Source of the DNA: Agriterribacter sp.
GTDB taxonomy: Bacteria; Bacteroidota; Bacteroidia; Chitinophagales; Chitinophagaceae
Length of the DNA: 64,000 nucleotides
Direction of reading: 5' to 3'
Assembly (NCBI RefSeq): GCF_035497235.1
Contig: NZ_DATJEB010000052.1
Location: forward strand, 21,260 to 85,259
Part shown: one piece after another, positions 37,731-47,657 of the stretch
Layout of the letters: the number at the start of each line of letters is the position of its first letter
How positions within the stretch are numbered: position 1 is the stretch's first letter
The notes under the pieces: model-generated
Told to the model about the DNA's origin: nothing
What the model saw: only the letters and a program-made list of their open reading frames with translations
Database searches by the model: none
Made by a program: the position numbers and the translations under genes

Positions 37731-40385
37731 TTAACGTACAGTAATTAAATTTCTATCTCTTAATGCTTTTACACTTTGCTCCCAACCACCTCCGGCGCCC
37801 CACATATAATAAGAAAAATATGTAGTTGTGTTTTGAAACAATGGTGTCCATGGTTGAAATTCTGCATAATAATAGTGAGATCCCGGATTAACCGGATGGT
37901 TCATCCACATGTGTAAAAAAATGGGTTGCTTAACCGGAAATGCGCCCGCAAAAGATATATCTTCTTTAGTATCATAACCGGCATTCCAGCCTTCATTAAT
38001 AAAGAATGCCCGTCCATAATATTTATCCTGCATCATTCTATACTCCTTTAATCCATCCATTTCAGGAATAATAAATTTATCTTCCGGTCCATGCACTTTG
38101 CCAATTTCAAGTATAGGCTGTGGCCCTAACATACTTAATTCTGCATTCTTCATACTCAATGCAAACCGTATTTCCAGTAATGGCGAATTACCATATAATG
38201 TAAATATTTTTTCTATTACATTGCCATAATAGGAAGCTTTCATTTTTACCTGCACATACGCTCCTTCTTTCTTTACCACTTCTGCATCGTACACTTTATG
38301 CGTTTCTATACTTGGTTGTCCCAGAAAATCTTCAAATCCGCCATAGGGATAAAATTCCCTGTTTCTGTAGGGTCGCCTGTCATCAACAGGCTTTTCCGGC
38401 CAGAGCTTAAACAGAAGGTTATCGTTTTTTGATTTAACAATGTATTCAATAACACGAGCGCCTGTGGTAAGCAATGTCACTCTAACATGGTCGTTTTCCA
38501 TGTTATATTCACTAATGCCGTCATTATTCAAATCAACTTCATTTGCTTTTGCTGCACCATTTGAAGATTCTATACCTAACTGCGTTGCTTCGGTAACGCC
38601 AAGTGCAGAAACATTCACTGTATAACTTCCCGGAGGCAGTTTCAAATCCAGCTCCCATGTTTTATAAGTACTAACAGGAACAGTAAGTGTTTGTTCTTTT
38701 TCAAAAACAATATTGCTGCTGTTATTTTTTTCTGCAACCGCTACTTTTACAGCAACAGCATCTTTAGCAGAAAAATTATATACGCTTATAGGATAAGTAA
38801 CACCCGAACTGCTCCCATATAATAATTCATGCACAGATATAGCGGGAGGCGGCTCCATTAAAGCTACCGTTAATTTTGATTTCCCACCCCAGTTATACTC
38901 AAAATAAATAGCATTGGGTCTGCCTAATGCTTTCGTTGAAGGTTCAATATCAAATACAAGCTCTTTAGTATTGCCCGCAGTAATATTTACAGGCGTTGTG
39001 CTATCACCCCGTAAACTTAATTGTTTGGGAAGACGTACAGTTAGATTGCCATCTATATTTTTTAATCCGGTATTGATTATTGTTATATACGCCTTGTTGC
39101 CTTTTGTAAATGCATTTATATTTACCCGGTCATTAAAATACGTTTCAAGATAAATTCTGTCGAGTAGTAATAGCTGTAATGCATTGCGATACAATGCAGG
39201 TCCCATCATTTTACCTTCTTCCAAAACAGCTACTTCTCTTTTATTGATTATAGCATTCCACAATGCAGCTTTGGTAAAAGGTTCGTTTTTTTTATTAAAA
39301 ACCACCATGCTGGTGGTGGCGCCATTAATAAGCGAACCGGTACTGGCAATAAAGGGTTTGTTATCATTATTTATTTGGTCAATATTGCCGGCATGAGCAA
39401 TATAACCATCATACTGTAAATCTTTAGCCTCGGGGTTGTAAACAGGTGTGAACACGTATCCTTTCTTTTCTTTAGCATATTTTATCCATGCGTCTGGGGT
39501 AAACATACTTTGCACCTGTAATTCATCGTAATTTTCACAACCATATATGGGTGAAAAACCTACATCTGTTACTACAGGTAAGTTAACCTCACTTACCCAG
39601 TTTTCAATTTCCTTTTGTGCCAAAAATTCCATATATCCGTCAAAAACAAACCAGGAGTTACCTTCGTTCATTCCTTTACCTATTAATTCAATAGGTGTTC
39701 CGGGTGTGCAGGTCACACTTTTAATAAGTGTTTGTGCACCAAACCAACCTTTTTTTAAATCATACTCAGCTAAAATCTTTTCTGTATTGCTTACCATTAA
39801 TTTAAAGTTGTCCAGGTATTTTTTTTCTTTCGAAGCAACTACATACAGCTTTTTTTTACTGTTACTCAGTATAAAAGCATGTACACGAGTAAAATCTTCT
39901 GCTTGCGCCTGATAGCTTGACAGCGCTTCTGCAAACGATTGCGGATTATAATTTCCCAGCAATTTCTTACCTGTTTCAGTTTCACTATCTACTATTACAA
40001 ATATGTTTTTCTCGCTTTTAATAGCTGCGTTTAATGATGCTGCTGAAGGATTTTCAATTAACTCGTATGCTGTATTAAACAGTCCGTTTAAAAATCCCTC
40101 CTGCATTTGTAAACCCGGAATACCTAAATCTTCTGCTACGCTAACCTTTGCTTTAAGAATTGATTTATCAAGTTCTCTGACATTTATCCTGAAAAGATTA
40201 CCATAACTGATCCTGTTTTCATACAGGTTTTGCCAGTACTCTGTAAACCCATTAAACTGAAATTTGCTGTTAACAGGTTGCATAATGTCTTCACCTTTGG
40301 TTTGGGCAAAGCTTTCTAATGAAGATTTGTTCGAACAACCTGTAGCCAGGAGACTTAACATTATGATTGGCAGTAATTTTAGCAT
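37731..40385 (-). CDS. Hypothetical lipoprotein, multi-domain, C-terminal mutarotase-like domain
   Basis: Lipobox LATG-C; 884 aa; C-terminal MENDHVRVTLLTTGARVIEY..YPYGGFEDF resembles aldose-epimerase-like supersandwiches. Confidence 0.7.
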   Translation of the reverse strand: MLKLLPIIMLSLLATGCSNKSSLESFAQTKGEDIMQPVNSKFQFNGFTEYWQNLYENRISYGNLFRINVRELDKSILKAKVSVAEDLGIPGLQMQEGFLNGLFNTAYELIENPSAASLNAAIKSEKNIFVIVDSETETGKKLLGNYNPQSFAEALSSYQAQAEDFTRVHAFILSNSKKKLYVVASKEKKYLDNFKLMVSNTEKILAEYDLKKGWFGAQTLIKSVTCTPGTPIELIGKGMNEGNSWFVFDGYMEFLAQKEIENWVSEVNLPVVTDVGFSPIYGCENYDELQVQSMFTPDAWIKYAKEKKGYVFTPVYNPEAKDLQYDGYIAHAGNIDQINNDNKPFIASTGSLINGATTSMVVFNKKNEPFTKAALWNAIINKREVAVLEEGKMMGPALYRNALQLLLLDRIYLETYFNDRVNINAFTKGNKAYITIINTGLKNIDGNLTVRLPKQLSLRGDSTTPVNITAGNTKELVFDIEPSTKALGRPNAIYFEYNWGGKSKLTVALMEPPPAISVHELLYGSSSGVTYPISVYNFSAKDAVAVKVAVAEKNNSSNIVFEKEQTLTVPVSTYKTWELDLKLPPGSYTVNVSALGVTEATQLGIESSNGAAKANEVDLNNDGISEYNMENDHVRVTLLTTGARVIEYIVKSKNDNLLFKLWPEKPVDDRRPYRNREFYPYGGFEDFLGQPSIETHKVYDAEVVKKEGAYVQVKMKASYYGNVIEKIFTLYGNSPLLEIRFALSMKNAELSMLGPQPILEIGKVHGPEDKFIIPEMDGLKEYRMMQDKYYGRAFFINEGWNAGYDTKEDISFAGAFPVKQPIFLHMWMNHPVNPGSHYYYAEFQPWTPLFQNTTTYFSYYMWGAGGGWEQSVKALRDRNLITVR

Positions 40386-40466
40386 AACATAAAAATAATT
40401 AGAGCTTATACGTTTGATTCAATTGAAAATAATGCATAACCCTTAGCAAGTACTTATTTCGCTTCC

Positions 40467-41821
40467 TTATTTCGCTTCTTCAACATGCTTTTTAAACCTT
40501 TCTACACTCGTGCTGTTTTCTGCCAGAAAGGTTACGCCCTCTTTCTGCATAATTGTAAGTGCTTTATTGTATAAGCCTGACTCCCGGGCTTCTACAGGAT
40601 TGCGCATGCATTTTAAGTAATATACAGGTAATGCCGATAAGGCTACTCTTGATGAAATCTCCTGATTATCTGCAACTTTTCCAGCTTCATCAAACAGATA
40701 AAGCGCTTTGCTTACAAATTCATCTGTAAACATTATATCATTGGGTTTAATACCAATTTTCATATGTGTATCGGGTTTCACCAAACTCTGTGTTAAATCA
40801 AAATATTGCTTAACATATACGCCCGATCTTCCATAATATCCATATATAAAATCTGCTATCACCTTGTTTGTACTGGTATCAGGATTCCATAGTAGTTTAG
40901 CAATAAGATATGCTTTTAGCTCAGAGAACTCCCTACCACGGCTTTGATAGGCTGCCTGCTCCATAATACCAATACTTTTATTTTTTTTAAAAGTTTTAAT
41001 ATTGGGCTGCAATACCGCAAAGTTGGGATAGGGCATTACATAATGAGCAAAATTTACTACGTAATCCCATATGTATAATTGCGGAGAAATACTTGCCCAT
41101 GTTTTCATGTCATCCAAAAGGATTTATTGCGTTCACATGATTTTAAATCGTGCGCTACGCAAGCTTCAATAGGGCATAGCCTAACTACTACATTCTTCCT
41201 TGGCTTTATATTCCTGGGAGGGGTACGCGTATATCGATAAGCTAAGGTACCAATATATTTATCTGGAAAATCTTTTTATATTGCTTCTGCCACCTGGTTA
41301 ACAAACCATATCATGAGACCTGATTCTTCTCCTTCTTTTTTAACAATGGCCTGACATTTGTCGCACTCACAGGGATTGTAATAGTCATTTTGAGAAACAT
41401 CATATATCAGATGTTCTGGATAAACGCGAATCTTATCTTTGATACGCTTCGTAACAATTTTTAAAACATTTTTATTACTTAAACATAGCTGAGCTAATTC
41501 CTTTCTGTTATTTTTATTTACCTGGTGCACTCTTTTACCATTAATAAGACTATAGTATTCCGGATGTTTATCAAAAAATTCAGCAGGGGGCATTAATGGG
41601 TAAAAGGTATGCACAGCCCAAAACCCTTCAACGCCTCCGGGTTGTTGAACAAAATTCATTCTGCCGTTCATTTTGTTTCTTGCGGCCCAAGTTGGATCGA
41701 AAGCTTCAAAATAGAAATCATTTCTTACTTGTATTCCGGGAGCACTTTTATAATTATACTGACCAAAAATTAGTTTATTCTTTTTAGGTATTACTTTAAT
41801 CTGTGGCGCAAGTCTATATGT
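40467..41821 (-). pseudogene. Second DUF4838 paralogue, degraded
   Basis: APGIQVRNDFYFEAFDPTWAARNKMNG..VHTFYPL..QLCLSN..SQND..AEAI*KDFPDKYIGTLAY. In-frame TAA at 41276-41278, 1-nt loss in the run at 41116-41119 (KSF/LDDMK), and the N-terminal domain and signal peptide are missing. Confidence 0.88.
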
Positions 41822-41928
41822 TCATGGCGATTACTACGGCTCTCCGCAATACTAACGATAATGACATCGCGAAGATGAAATACAACCAGGTTTGTTTACT
41901 TTTAAATCCGGGTATTTAATTCTCTTGC

Positions 41929-44574
41929 CTACTTGAAAGCCTCATGTTTGGGATCGCCGCCGGATCGCAGGTACGCCATCAGGCTTCTCAATTCATCCGC
42001 ATTGAGTGAATTAATCAGTCCGGGTGGCATTTGCGAAACAGAAACCGGTTCGATAGATGCTACCTCGGAAGAGGGCACAATATCCGGCGCCCGGTTAGGA
42101 TCCCGGCTGTATACCTTAATGAAAGCTTCCTCTTTTACCAATAGTCCTTCCAGGCTACGACCGCTTTTCAATGTAACGCGGGAGCTTCCGTACAAATCAG
42201 CAATGGTTTCACTGGGATGAATAATATCTTCCAATATTTTTTGAATAGAAAAACGATTCCCCACAGCGCCCAGGTCTGGCCCTATATTACCTCCCAACCC
42301 ATCGAAACGATGGCAGGATGCACAACCTATGGCAAAGAAGGCATTGCGTCCCTGCTCAAAGCTTTTTGTTCCCGAAGGCTTATTCACCGCCTGCAAAGCA
42401 TTGTCCACTGTCCAGTTCTTTCCCGGGCCTTTCACCGGCTTTATTTCAAAGGGTGGTGCTTTTGCAATAGGCTTTGAAATAACATCACCCAGTGCAATAC
42501 GATCTGCTTCCGAAACGCCCAGTAATGCTTCGTTGCGCATACGCTCTAAAAATCCCCAATAGCTTTCACCACCCATAGCATCTGCTGCGTTATTGATCAT
42601 ACTGAAATAAGTTTTTCGCTGATCAATCGTCCAACCCTCTTTTAAATCTCTCAGCATGAACAGGTATTCGAGCTTATTCGCCGGGGGTGGATTATCAAGC
42701 ATTTGTTGAACAGTGCCACCATAACTGTTATTTCGCTTAACGGTTGTTCCCCAGTCGGGCGCTGGCGGGGTCTTACTGTTTCGTATCAAATCCAGTGCCG
42801 TTGCAATTATACGGGCGTCTTTCAGATAAATCAATACCCGTACTAACTCTACATTTACCCTTTCATCTTCATCGGGCAAAAACTTCACTAACCGGTCAGC
42901 GATTTTTTGACATATAGCCTGATCTGGTTTTCCCAGTCGCATAAAACTCAGTGATAATGCGCGCAGATAGCCCAGTTTTTTCAAATTATCCAGGCTGGTG
43001 AAGTCTAATTTTTCCAGGAGGGTTAAAGCATCATCCAGGTTAGTTGAATTTCCGGCGCGTGCCAATGCAACCGTGCTGGTAATAACAGCCTGAGGCCGTG
43101 CTTCAGCTTTTGCACGTGATATCCAGCCCGATACTGGTTGAAACTCAATGGCAACACGTGCTGCATTCCTGATAAACCGGTCTTCATCTGCAAGATAGGG
43201 CCAAGCCGCAGAAACCGCCCCGGCATCACGGCGCCCGTGGAACGCTTCGAGGCGGTGCCTGATCTTCCGGAACGCAAGTCCTTCCTGATCTTCCCTGTAT
43301 TGTACCGGCTCAGTAGACGCTTCACCGGTATAGGTTACACGGTATAATTTGGTGTCATTACTCCACCCGCCGGTAATAAAATACATCGCTCCGTCTTTTC
43401 CAATCACGGCATCAACAACAGCTAAAGGATGTCCCGATAAAAATTCTTCTGCCGTAGCAGTATAACTTGCTCCTTTCGGTTTCAGATGGAAAGCATAAAT
43501 AGTGCCGTAGGTCCAGTCTAAAGCAAACAATGCTTTCTGGTATTTTTCCGGGAACCGGGCTCCTGTTCCAAACAATACCCCGGTGGGGGAGGCTGGTCCT
43601 ACATCTAATAAAGAGGGATGGCTGTCTTCGTAAAAATCCTTCCATTTTCCGCTTCCGCTGCGCCAGCCGTAATCACTGCCGCTCACCACATGCAGGATCC
43701 TGGTAGGACGGTACCAGGGCATTCCCATGTCCCATTCCATATCCGAGTCAAAAGTAAACAGCTCTCCATTAGGATAAACAGCCATATCGTAGGTGTTACG
43801 ATAACCCACACTCAGGATATCCCAGTTGTGTGCATCGCCGTCTATCCGGGCAACATATCCACCGGGTGCTAAGATACCCATCGCATGACCTCTGGCATCC
43901 CACTGCCGGGTAAGTAAAATATCTTCTTTCCAATTGAGTACACGACTGGTATATTTTTCAGGCAGCGGGGTATGATTTCCATTCACTACAAAAAGGCCGC
44001 TGCCATCGGGTGTCGGCACTAAAGCATGGTTACCATGATCACTGGAACTTTGAGGCCCGCCCATAAATTTCATTTCATCTAAAATACCATCATTTTGGCT
44101 TGATGACATACGAAACAAACCACTTCCGTTTACATTAGCGTATAAACTTTTTTTAAACCAGGCAAGTCCCTGGGCGCCTGTAGCAGGCAGCACCATTTTG
44201 GAAACCTGCACTTTCGGTTTTCCGTCTTCGTTTTGCTGTACATCAATCCGGTACATTCCCTGCTGATATTCATCAGAAGCAACCATGCTACCCTGTTCAT
44301 CTATAGCCAGGCTAACCCAGGTTCCCTGTGACTTCCGGGGAACTTCATATAATAATTCCGCTTTAAAACCCGGTAAAATACGAAGATCACCGGATGGCGC
44401 CTCATTCAACTTATCCATAGCCAATTCCGTTGTCGAATTATCCTTTGTCTGGTTCTGCTCCTTATTCTGACTGCAGCTAAAAAGAAACACCACAAGAAAT
44501 ATTGTTGGTATTACAGAAGACCATCCGTTTTTTCTAAGAATGGAAAAGAATGTCTTTGCACTTGCGTATATCAT
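41929..44574 (-). CDS. PVC-type heme-binding lipoprotein: beta-propeller dehydrogenase-like domain + HEAT repeats + cytochrome c
   Basis: Lipobox LFS-C; PGFKAELLY; GYRNTYD; FTFDSDMEWD; GSDYGWR; HEAT repeats (DRFIRNAARVAIE); CASCH..GPDL..SQMPPGL. Confidence 0.88.
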   Translation of the reverse strand: MIYASAKTFFSILRKNGWSSVIPTIFLVVFLFSCSQNKEQNQTKDNSTTELAMDKLNEAPSGDLRILPGFKAELLYEVPRKSQGTWVSLAIDEQGSMVASDEYQQGMYRIDVQQNEDGKPKVQVSKMVLPATGAQGLAWFKKSLYANVNGSGLFRMSSSQNDGILDEMKFMGGPQSSSDHGNHALVPTPDGSGLFVVNGNHTPLPEKYTSRVLNWKEDILLTRQWDARGHAMGILAPGGYVARIDGDAHNWDILSVGYRNTYDMAVYPNGELFTFDSDMEWDMGMPWYRPTRILHVVSGSDYGWRSGSGKWKDFYEDSHPSLLDVGPASPTGVLFGTGARFPEKYQKALFALDWTYGTIYAFHLKPKGASYTATAEEFLSGHPLAVVDAVIGKDGAMYFITGGWSNDTKLYRVTYTGEASTEPVQYREDQEGLAFRKIRHRLEAFHGRRDAGAVSAAWPYLADEDRFIRNAARVAIEFQPVSGWISRAKAEARPQAVITSTVALARAGNSTNLDDALTLLEKLDFTSLDNLKKLGYLRALSLSFMRLGKPDQAICQKIADRLVKFLPDEDERVNVELVRVLIYLKDARIIATALDLIRNSKTPPAPDWGTTVKRNNSYGGTVQQMLDNPPPANKLEYLFMLRDLKEGWTIDQRKTYFSMINNAADAMGGESYWGFLERMRNEALLGVSEADRIALGDVISKPIAKAPPFEIKPVKGPGKNWTVDNALQAVNKPSGTKSFEQGRNAFFAIGCASCHRFDGLGGNIGPDLGAVGNRFSIQKILEDIIHPSETIADLYGSSRVTLKSGRSLEGLLVKEEAFIKVYSRDPNRAPDIVPSSEVASIEPVSVSQMPPGLINSLNADELRSLMAYLRSGGDPKHEAFK

Positions 44575-44672
44575 ATCATTTATTGATTATTCGGTTATAG
44601 TAATGCTGTTAAATATTGAACCTGTTTGCAAAATATAATGTTGCGGTAATCAATTGTATTCCTGTATTTGAG

Positions 44673-45386
44673 CTAAGGACTTAAATCTCTAAACCGGGCA
44701 TCTTTGAATTCTACTTTCATGGGTGGACCCTGGTGCAGTTGAAATCCAAACAATCCTTTCTTCATTCGATCCTTTGCTCTGTCTTCCACCATAGACACCA
44801 GGTGTCCGTTTAGTTTTTGAACAATCAGTGTGCCTTTTACAATCAGTTCATATTCATTCCATGCATTGTCTTTTACATATTCTTTGATGGATTGGTCTTT
44901 AGTAAAGAAGGGAAAAGAAAGTACACTATCTATTTCCGAAATGCGAACCATCTGTCCCTGTGCAGCCAATATCTTATGATGCCTGTTGATAAAATTTTCA
45001 TACACTATCCCGGTATAGGTATTTTGTCCGTCAATATCTGCCTGGTAGCCGAGCAAATTATCATAGCCATCGGGCCCCTGTTCACACCGGTAATAAATAC
45101 CGCTATTTCCTTTGGAAGAAATGCGAAAGGAGATGTTTAGGATGAAATCTTCTACTTCCCGGTTCCAGACCAGGAAAGCGCTTTGTTTGACCGGATTGTT
45201 TTGGGTAGTTTCACCTGTCAGTAAACCATTTTCCCAGCGCCAGTGATCCGGCGATCCCTTCCACTGGTTTTGGTATACTTCGCTGAAAATGTATTCGGCG
45301 TCAACACCTGACGGATCATTATCCTTCCGGTTACAAGCCCCCATTAAAAAAAGAAAACCTACAGATATAAGTAAAGTATGTTTCAT
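44673..45386 (-). CDS. DUF1080 (3-keto-disaccharide hydrolase family) lipoprotein
   Basis: ATG 45386, lipobox LMGA-C; WRWENG; NSGIYYR; GYQADID; WNEYEL; GLFGFQLHQG..VEFKD. Confidence 0.88.
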   Translation of the reverse strand: MKHTLLISVGFLFLMGACNRKDNDPSGVDAEYIFSEVYQNQWKGSPDHWRWENGLLTGETTQNNPVKQSAFLVWNREVEDFILNISFRISSKGNSGIYYRCEQGPDGYDNLLGYQADIDGQNTYTGIVYENFINRHHKILAAQGQMVRISEIDSVLSFPFFTKDQSIKEYVKDNAWNEYELIVKGTLIVQKLNGHLVSMVEDRAKDRMKKGLFGFQLHQGPPMKVEFKDARFRDLSP

Positions 45387-45626
45387 TTTAATTTGTTTGT
45401 CGCGGTTGCTGCCCGGCTTCAGCCCTCCATCATCCTTCCATTTATTTATGCATATAGTTACAGGTACTAAGCGTTTGCGTTTCGAAAGGCTTAGTAGCAT
45501 GGAGTGGAAAATAACTCATATATCTATCGGGTTAATCACTGCTCTTAGCGTTAGCGGAAAATGAATTTTTATTTATAAACATCCTTATAAGTGCCGGATT
45601 GATATTCGGAACGGCCATAATAAGAA

Positions 45627-45666
45627 GTATTGTAACAAATGCTGCTGTCAACATTTGTTACAATAC
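45627..45666 (-). terminator. Probable intrinsic terminator downstream of susCD
   Basis: Perfect 15-bp stem GTATTGTAACAAATG / CATTTGTTACAATAC, 10-nt loop, followed on the minus strand by TTCTTATTAT. Confidence 0.7.
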
Positions 45667-45766
45667 AAAGTAATGCGTAATCTATATTGGGCATTAATAC
45701 AAACGAAGCCTGATAAACAGGAATATGCGATGTACAGCTATTCTTACTAAAACGTGACCATCAGGG

Positions 45767-45839
45767 TGTATTTCAAATTGTCGCATTACTTTGCTTCATG
45801 TGGGCGGTGTCTTCACCGCCCACGACAATTTGAAATGCA
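45767..45839. repeat. REP/REPIN-like palindromic element, copy 2
   Basis: 17-bp terminal IR (16/17) TGTATTTCAAATTGTCG / CGACAATTTGAAATGCA, perfect inner hairpin GTGGGCGGTG-TCTT-CACCGCCCAC; shares TTACTTTGCTTCATGTGGGCGGTG with copy 1. Confidence 0.8.
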
Positions 45840-45867
45840 TCCCATCATCGTTGCTCAATACCATTTA

Positions 45868-47646
45868 CTAATTATACCCGGGGTTTTGTACCAACTTTGG
45901 ATTCTTATTCATTTCATCCCTCGATATTGGCAAAAAATATGCCTTATCCTCCCACTTTCCAGTCGTTATTTCTACCGGGGTAATAATTGGAATAGTGGCA
46001 GTTGTACGATCGGGATTTAGCTTGTAAACAACATCAACTCCATGCATTGGGTGATACGCTTCGGGGCCTATCATCCAACGGCGTACATCGAAAAACCGAT
46101 GATCCTCAAACACCAATTCAATACGCCTTTCATTTTGATAGCGTTCTTTTAACGCATCGCCAGATTCTGTAACATCAGGCATGGCCGCTTTTTTTCTTAT
46201 CATGTTAATATAAGTACGGGCCTCAACATCCTCACCCAATCCAATACATGCTTCAGCATAATTAAGGATTATTTCGCTATACCGGATATAGCGCCACGTT
46301 AAATCATCCTGGTGATTTACATACATATCGGTTCTGCGGTTGATATACTTGAGCATGGACGTGCCGGCGTTATTATAGCCCCCTCCATAAACAGCACTGT
46401 TCCGGCTATCCAATCCATACACATAAGTAACTTTACCTGCTTCAGCATCCCACTTTTCCCATGTGCCAACCTGCAAAACACCAACAGGATCAATTCCCTG
46501 TAAGTTGGCAGGACGTGGTCTGAACTTCGCGCCCTCATATAGTATTGTAGCGTAAAAACGTGGATCCCTGTTCTTGTAGGGCTCTATATTCTGAGCAGGA
46601 TTGGCCCGGGAGAATACAGTACCGTCAGACATTTCATAAGCGTCTACCAGTTCACTGGTAGGTCCATTTGTTTCTATCCCGCCAAATCCATTGGGGAACA
46701 CACCCCAAAAATCAGCACCCTGATTTACGGAGGCACTGAAGTAACGTATGAAAATGTCTTCCTCGCTTTGTTTTGAGGTAAAGAGTTCCTCGTAATTTTT
46801 TGTGGCTTCTTCGGCAGATGCGGGATTGGGCTGGTATAAGCCATATATGCCAAGATCAATCACAGCTTTAGCCGCATCTTTGGCAGCCTGCCAGCGTTGG
46901 TCTCTGTTGCCGTCAACATAGCCAAGCAGTTCAGGATTGGAAAAACCGGGGAATGCCGTGTTGTAAAGATCACTGGCTGCATGAAGCAGTATTCTCGATT
47001 TAAGTGCCAAAGCGGCACCCTTGGTTGCTCTTCCTTTGTTTTCACCCGTATTTTCCAGGGGCAATAACGCCGCCGCCTTATCGCATTCATCGGAAATAAA
47101 CTGAACACACTCAGCAAAGCTGTTTCGGGGCGCCGTGAAATCATCTGTTAAAGTATAAGATTTTGTAATTAGCGGCACTCCGCCAAAATATTTGATCAGC
47201 AAATGATAGTACCAGGCTCTTAAAAAAGTAGCTTCCCCTTTCAATCTATCCTTTAATGTAACGCCATCAATTAATGCCTGATCGTCTCCTAACTTGTCTA
47301 TATTTTCCAGGAATACATTACAATCCCTGATGGCCCTGTACCTTCCGTTCCAGTCGCCCCAGCCCGCATTATCAGGCGTCATCAGCATATTGCTCATGTT
47401 ATAGTCATTACCACCATCGTAGCACCGGGCCTCATCTACACTTAAGGAAGTCCAGCTGAACGACCATGGATTCTGAGTGTAAATACTATTCATATTTAGC
47501 TGTATGAGATTGGCATCAGACCATACATCCGACTCTGCAAATTGTGTGGAAGGTTTTGTATCAAGAAAACTTTTATTACACGATAATAGCAGCGTGAAGG
47601 TGAACCCAAGAAATATATATAATAAGTTTGAATTTTTATAATTCAT
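45868..47646 (-). CDS. susD: RagB/SusD-family outer-membrane glycan-binding lipoprotein
   Basis: ATG 47646, lipobox LLLS-C; GEATFLRAWYYHLL..FGGVP; GRATKGAALALKSR; NRDPRF; RYSEIILNYAEA; NERRIELVFEDHRFFDVRRW; QNPGY. Confidence 0.95.
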   Translation of the reverse strand: MNYKNSNLLYIFLGFTFTLLLSCNKSFLDTKPSTQFAESDVWSDANLIQLNMNSIYTQNPWSFSWTSLSVDEARCYDGGNDYNMSNMLMTPDNAGWGDWNGRYRAIRDCNVFLENIDKLGDDQALIDGVTLKDRLKGEATFLRAWYYHLLIKYFGGVPLITKSYTLTDDFTAPRNSFAECVQFISDECDKAAALLPLENTGENKGRATKGAALALKSRILLHAASDLYNTAFPGFSNPELLGYVDGNRDQRWQAAKDAAKAVIDLGIYGLYQPNPASAEEATKNYEELFTSKQSEEDIFIRYFSASVNQGADFWGVFPNGFGGIETNGPTSELVDAYEMSDGTVFSRANPAQNIEPYKNRDPRFYATILYEGAKFRPRPANLQGIDPVGVLQVGTWEKWDAEAGKVTYVYGLDSRNSAVYGGGYNNAGTSMLKYINRRTDMYVNHQDDLTWRYIRYSEIILNYAEACIGLGEDVEARTYINMIRKKAAMPDVTESGDALKERYQNERRIELVFEDHRFFDVRRWMIGPEAYHPMHGVDVVYKLNPDRTTATIPIITPVEITTGKWEDKAYFLPISRDEMNKNPKLVQNPGYN

Positions 47647-47657
47647 ATACTTTGATT

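Noticed and set aside
16311-45839. The two palindromic elements as a CRISPR remnant, att sites or composite-transposon ends
   Set aside because: Only two copies 29 kb apart, no spacer array, no cas, integrase or transposase genes, and no target-site duplication evident.
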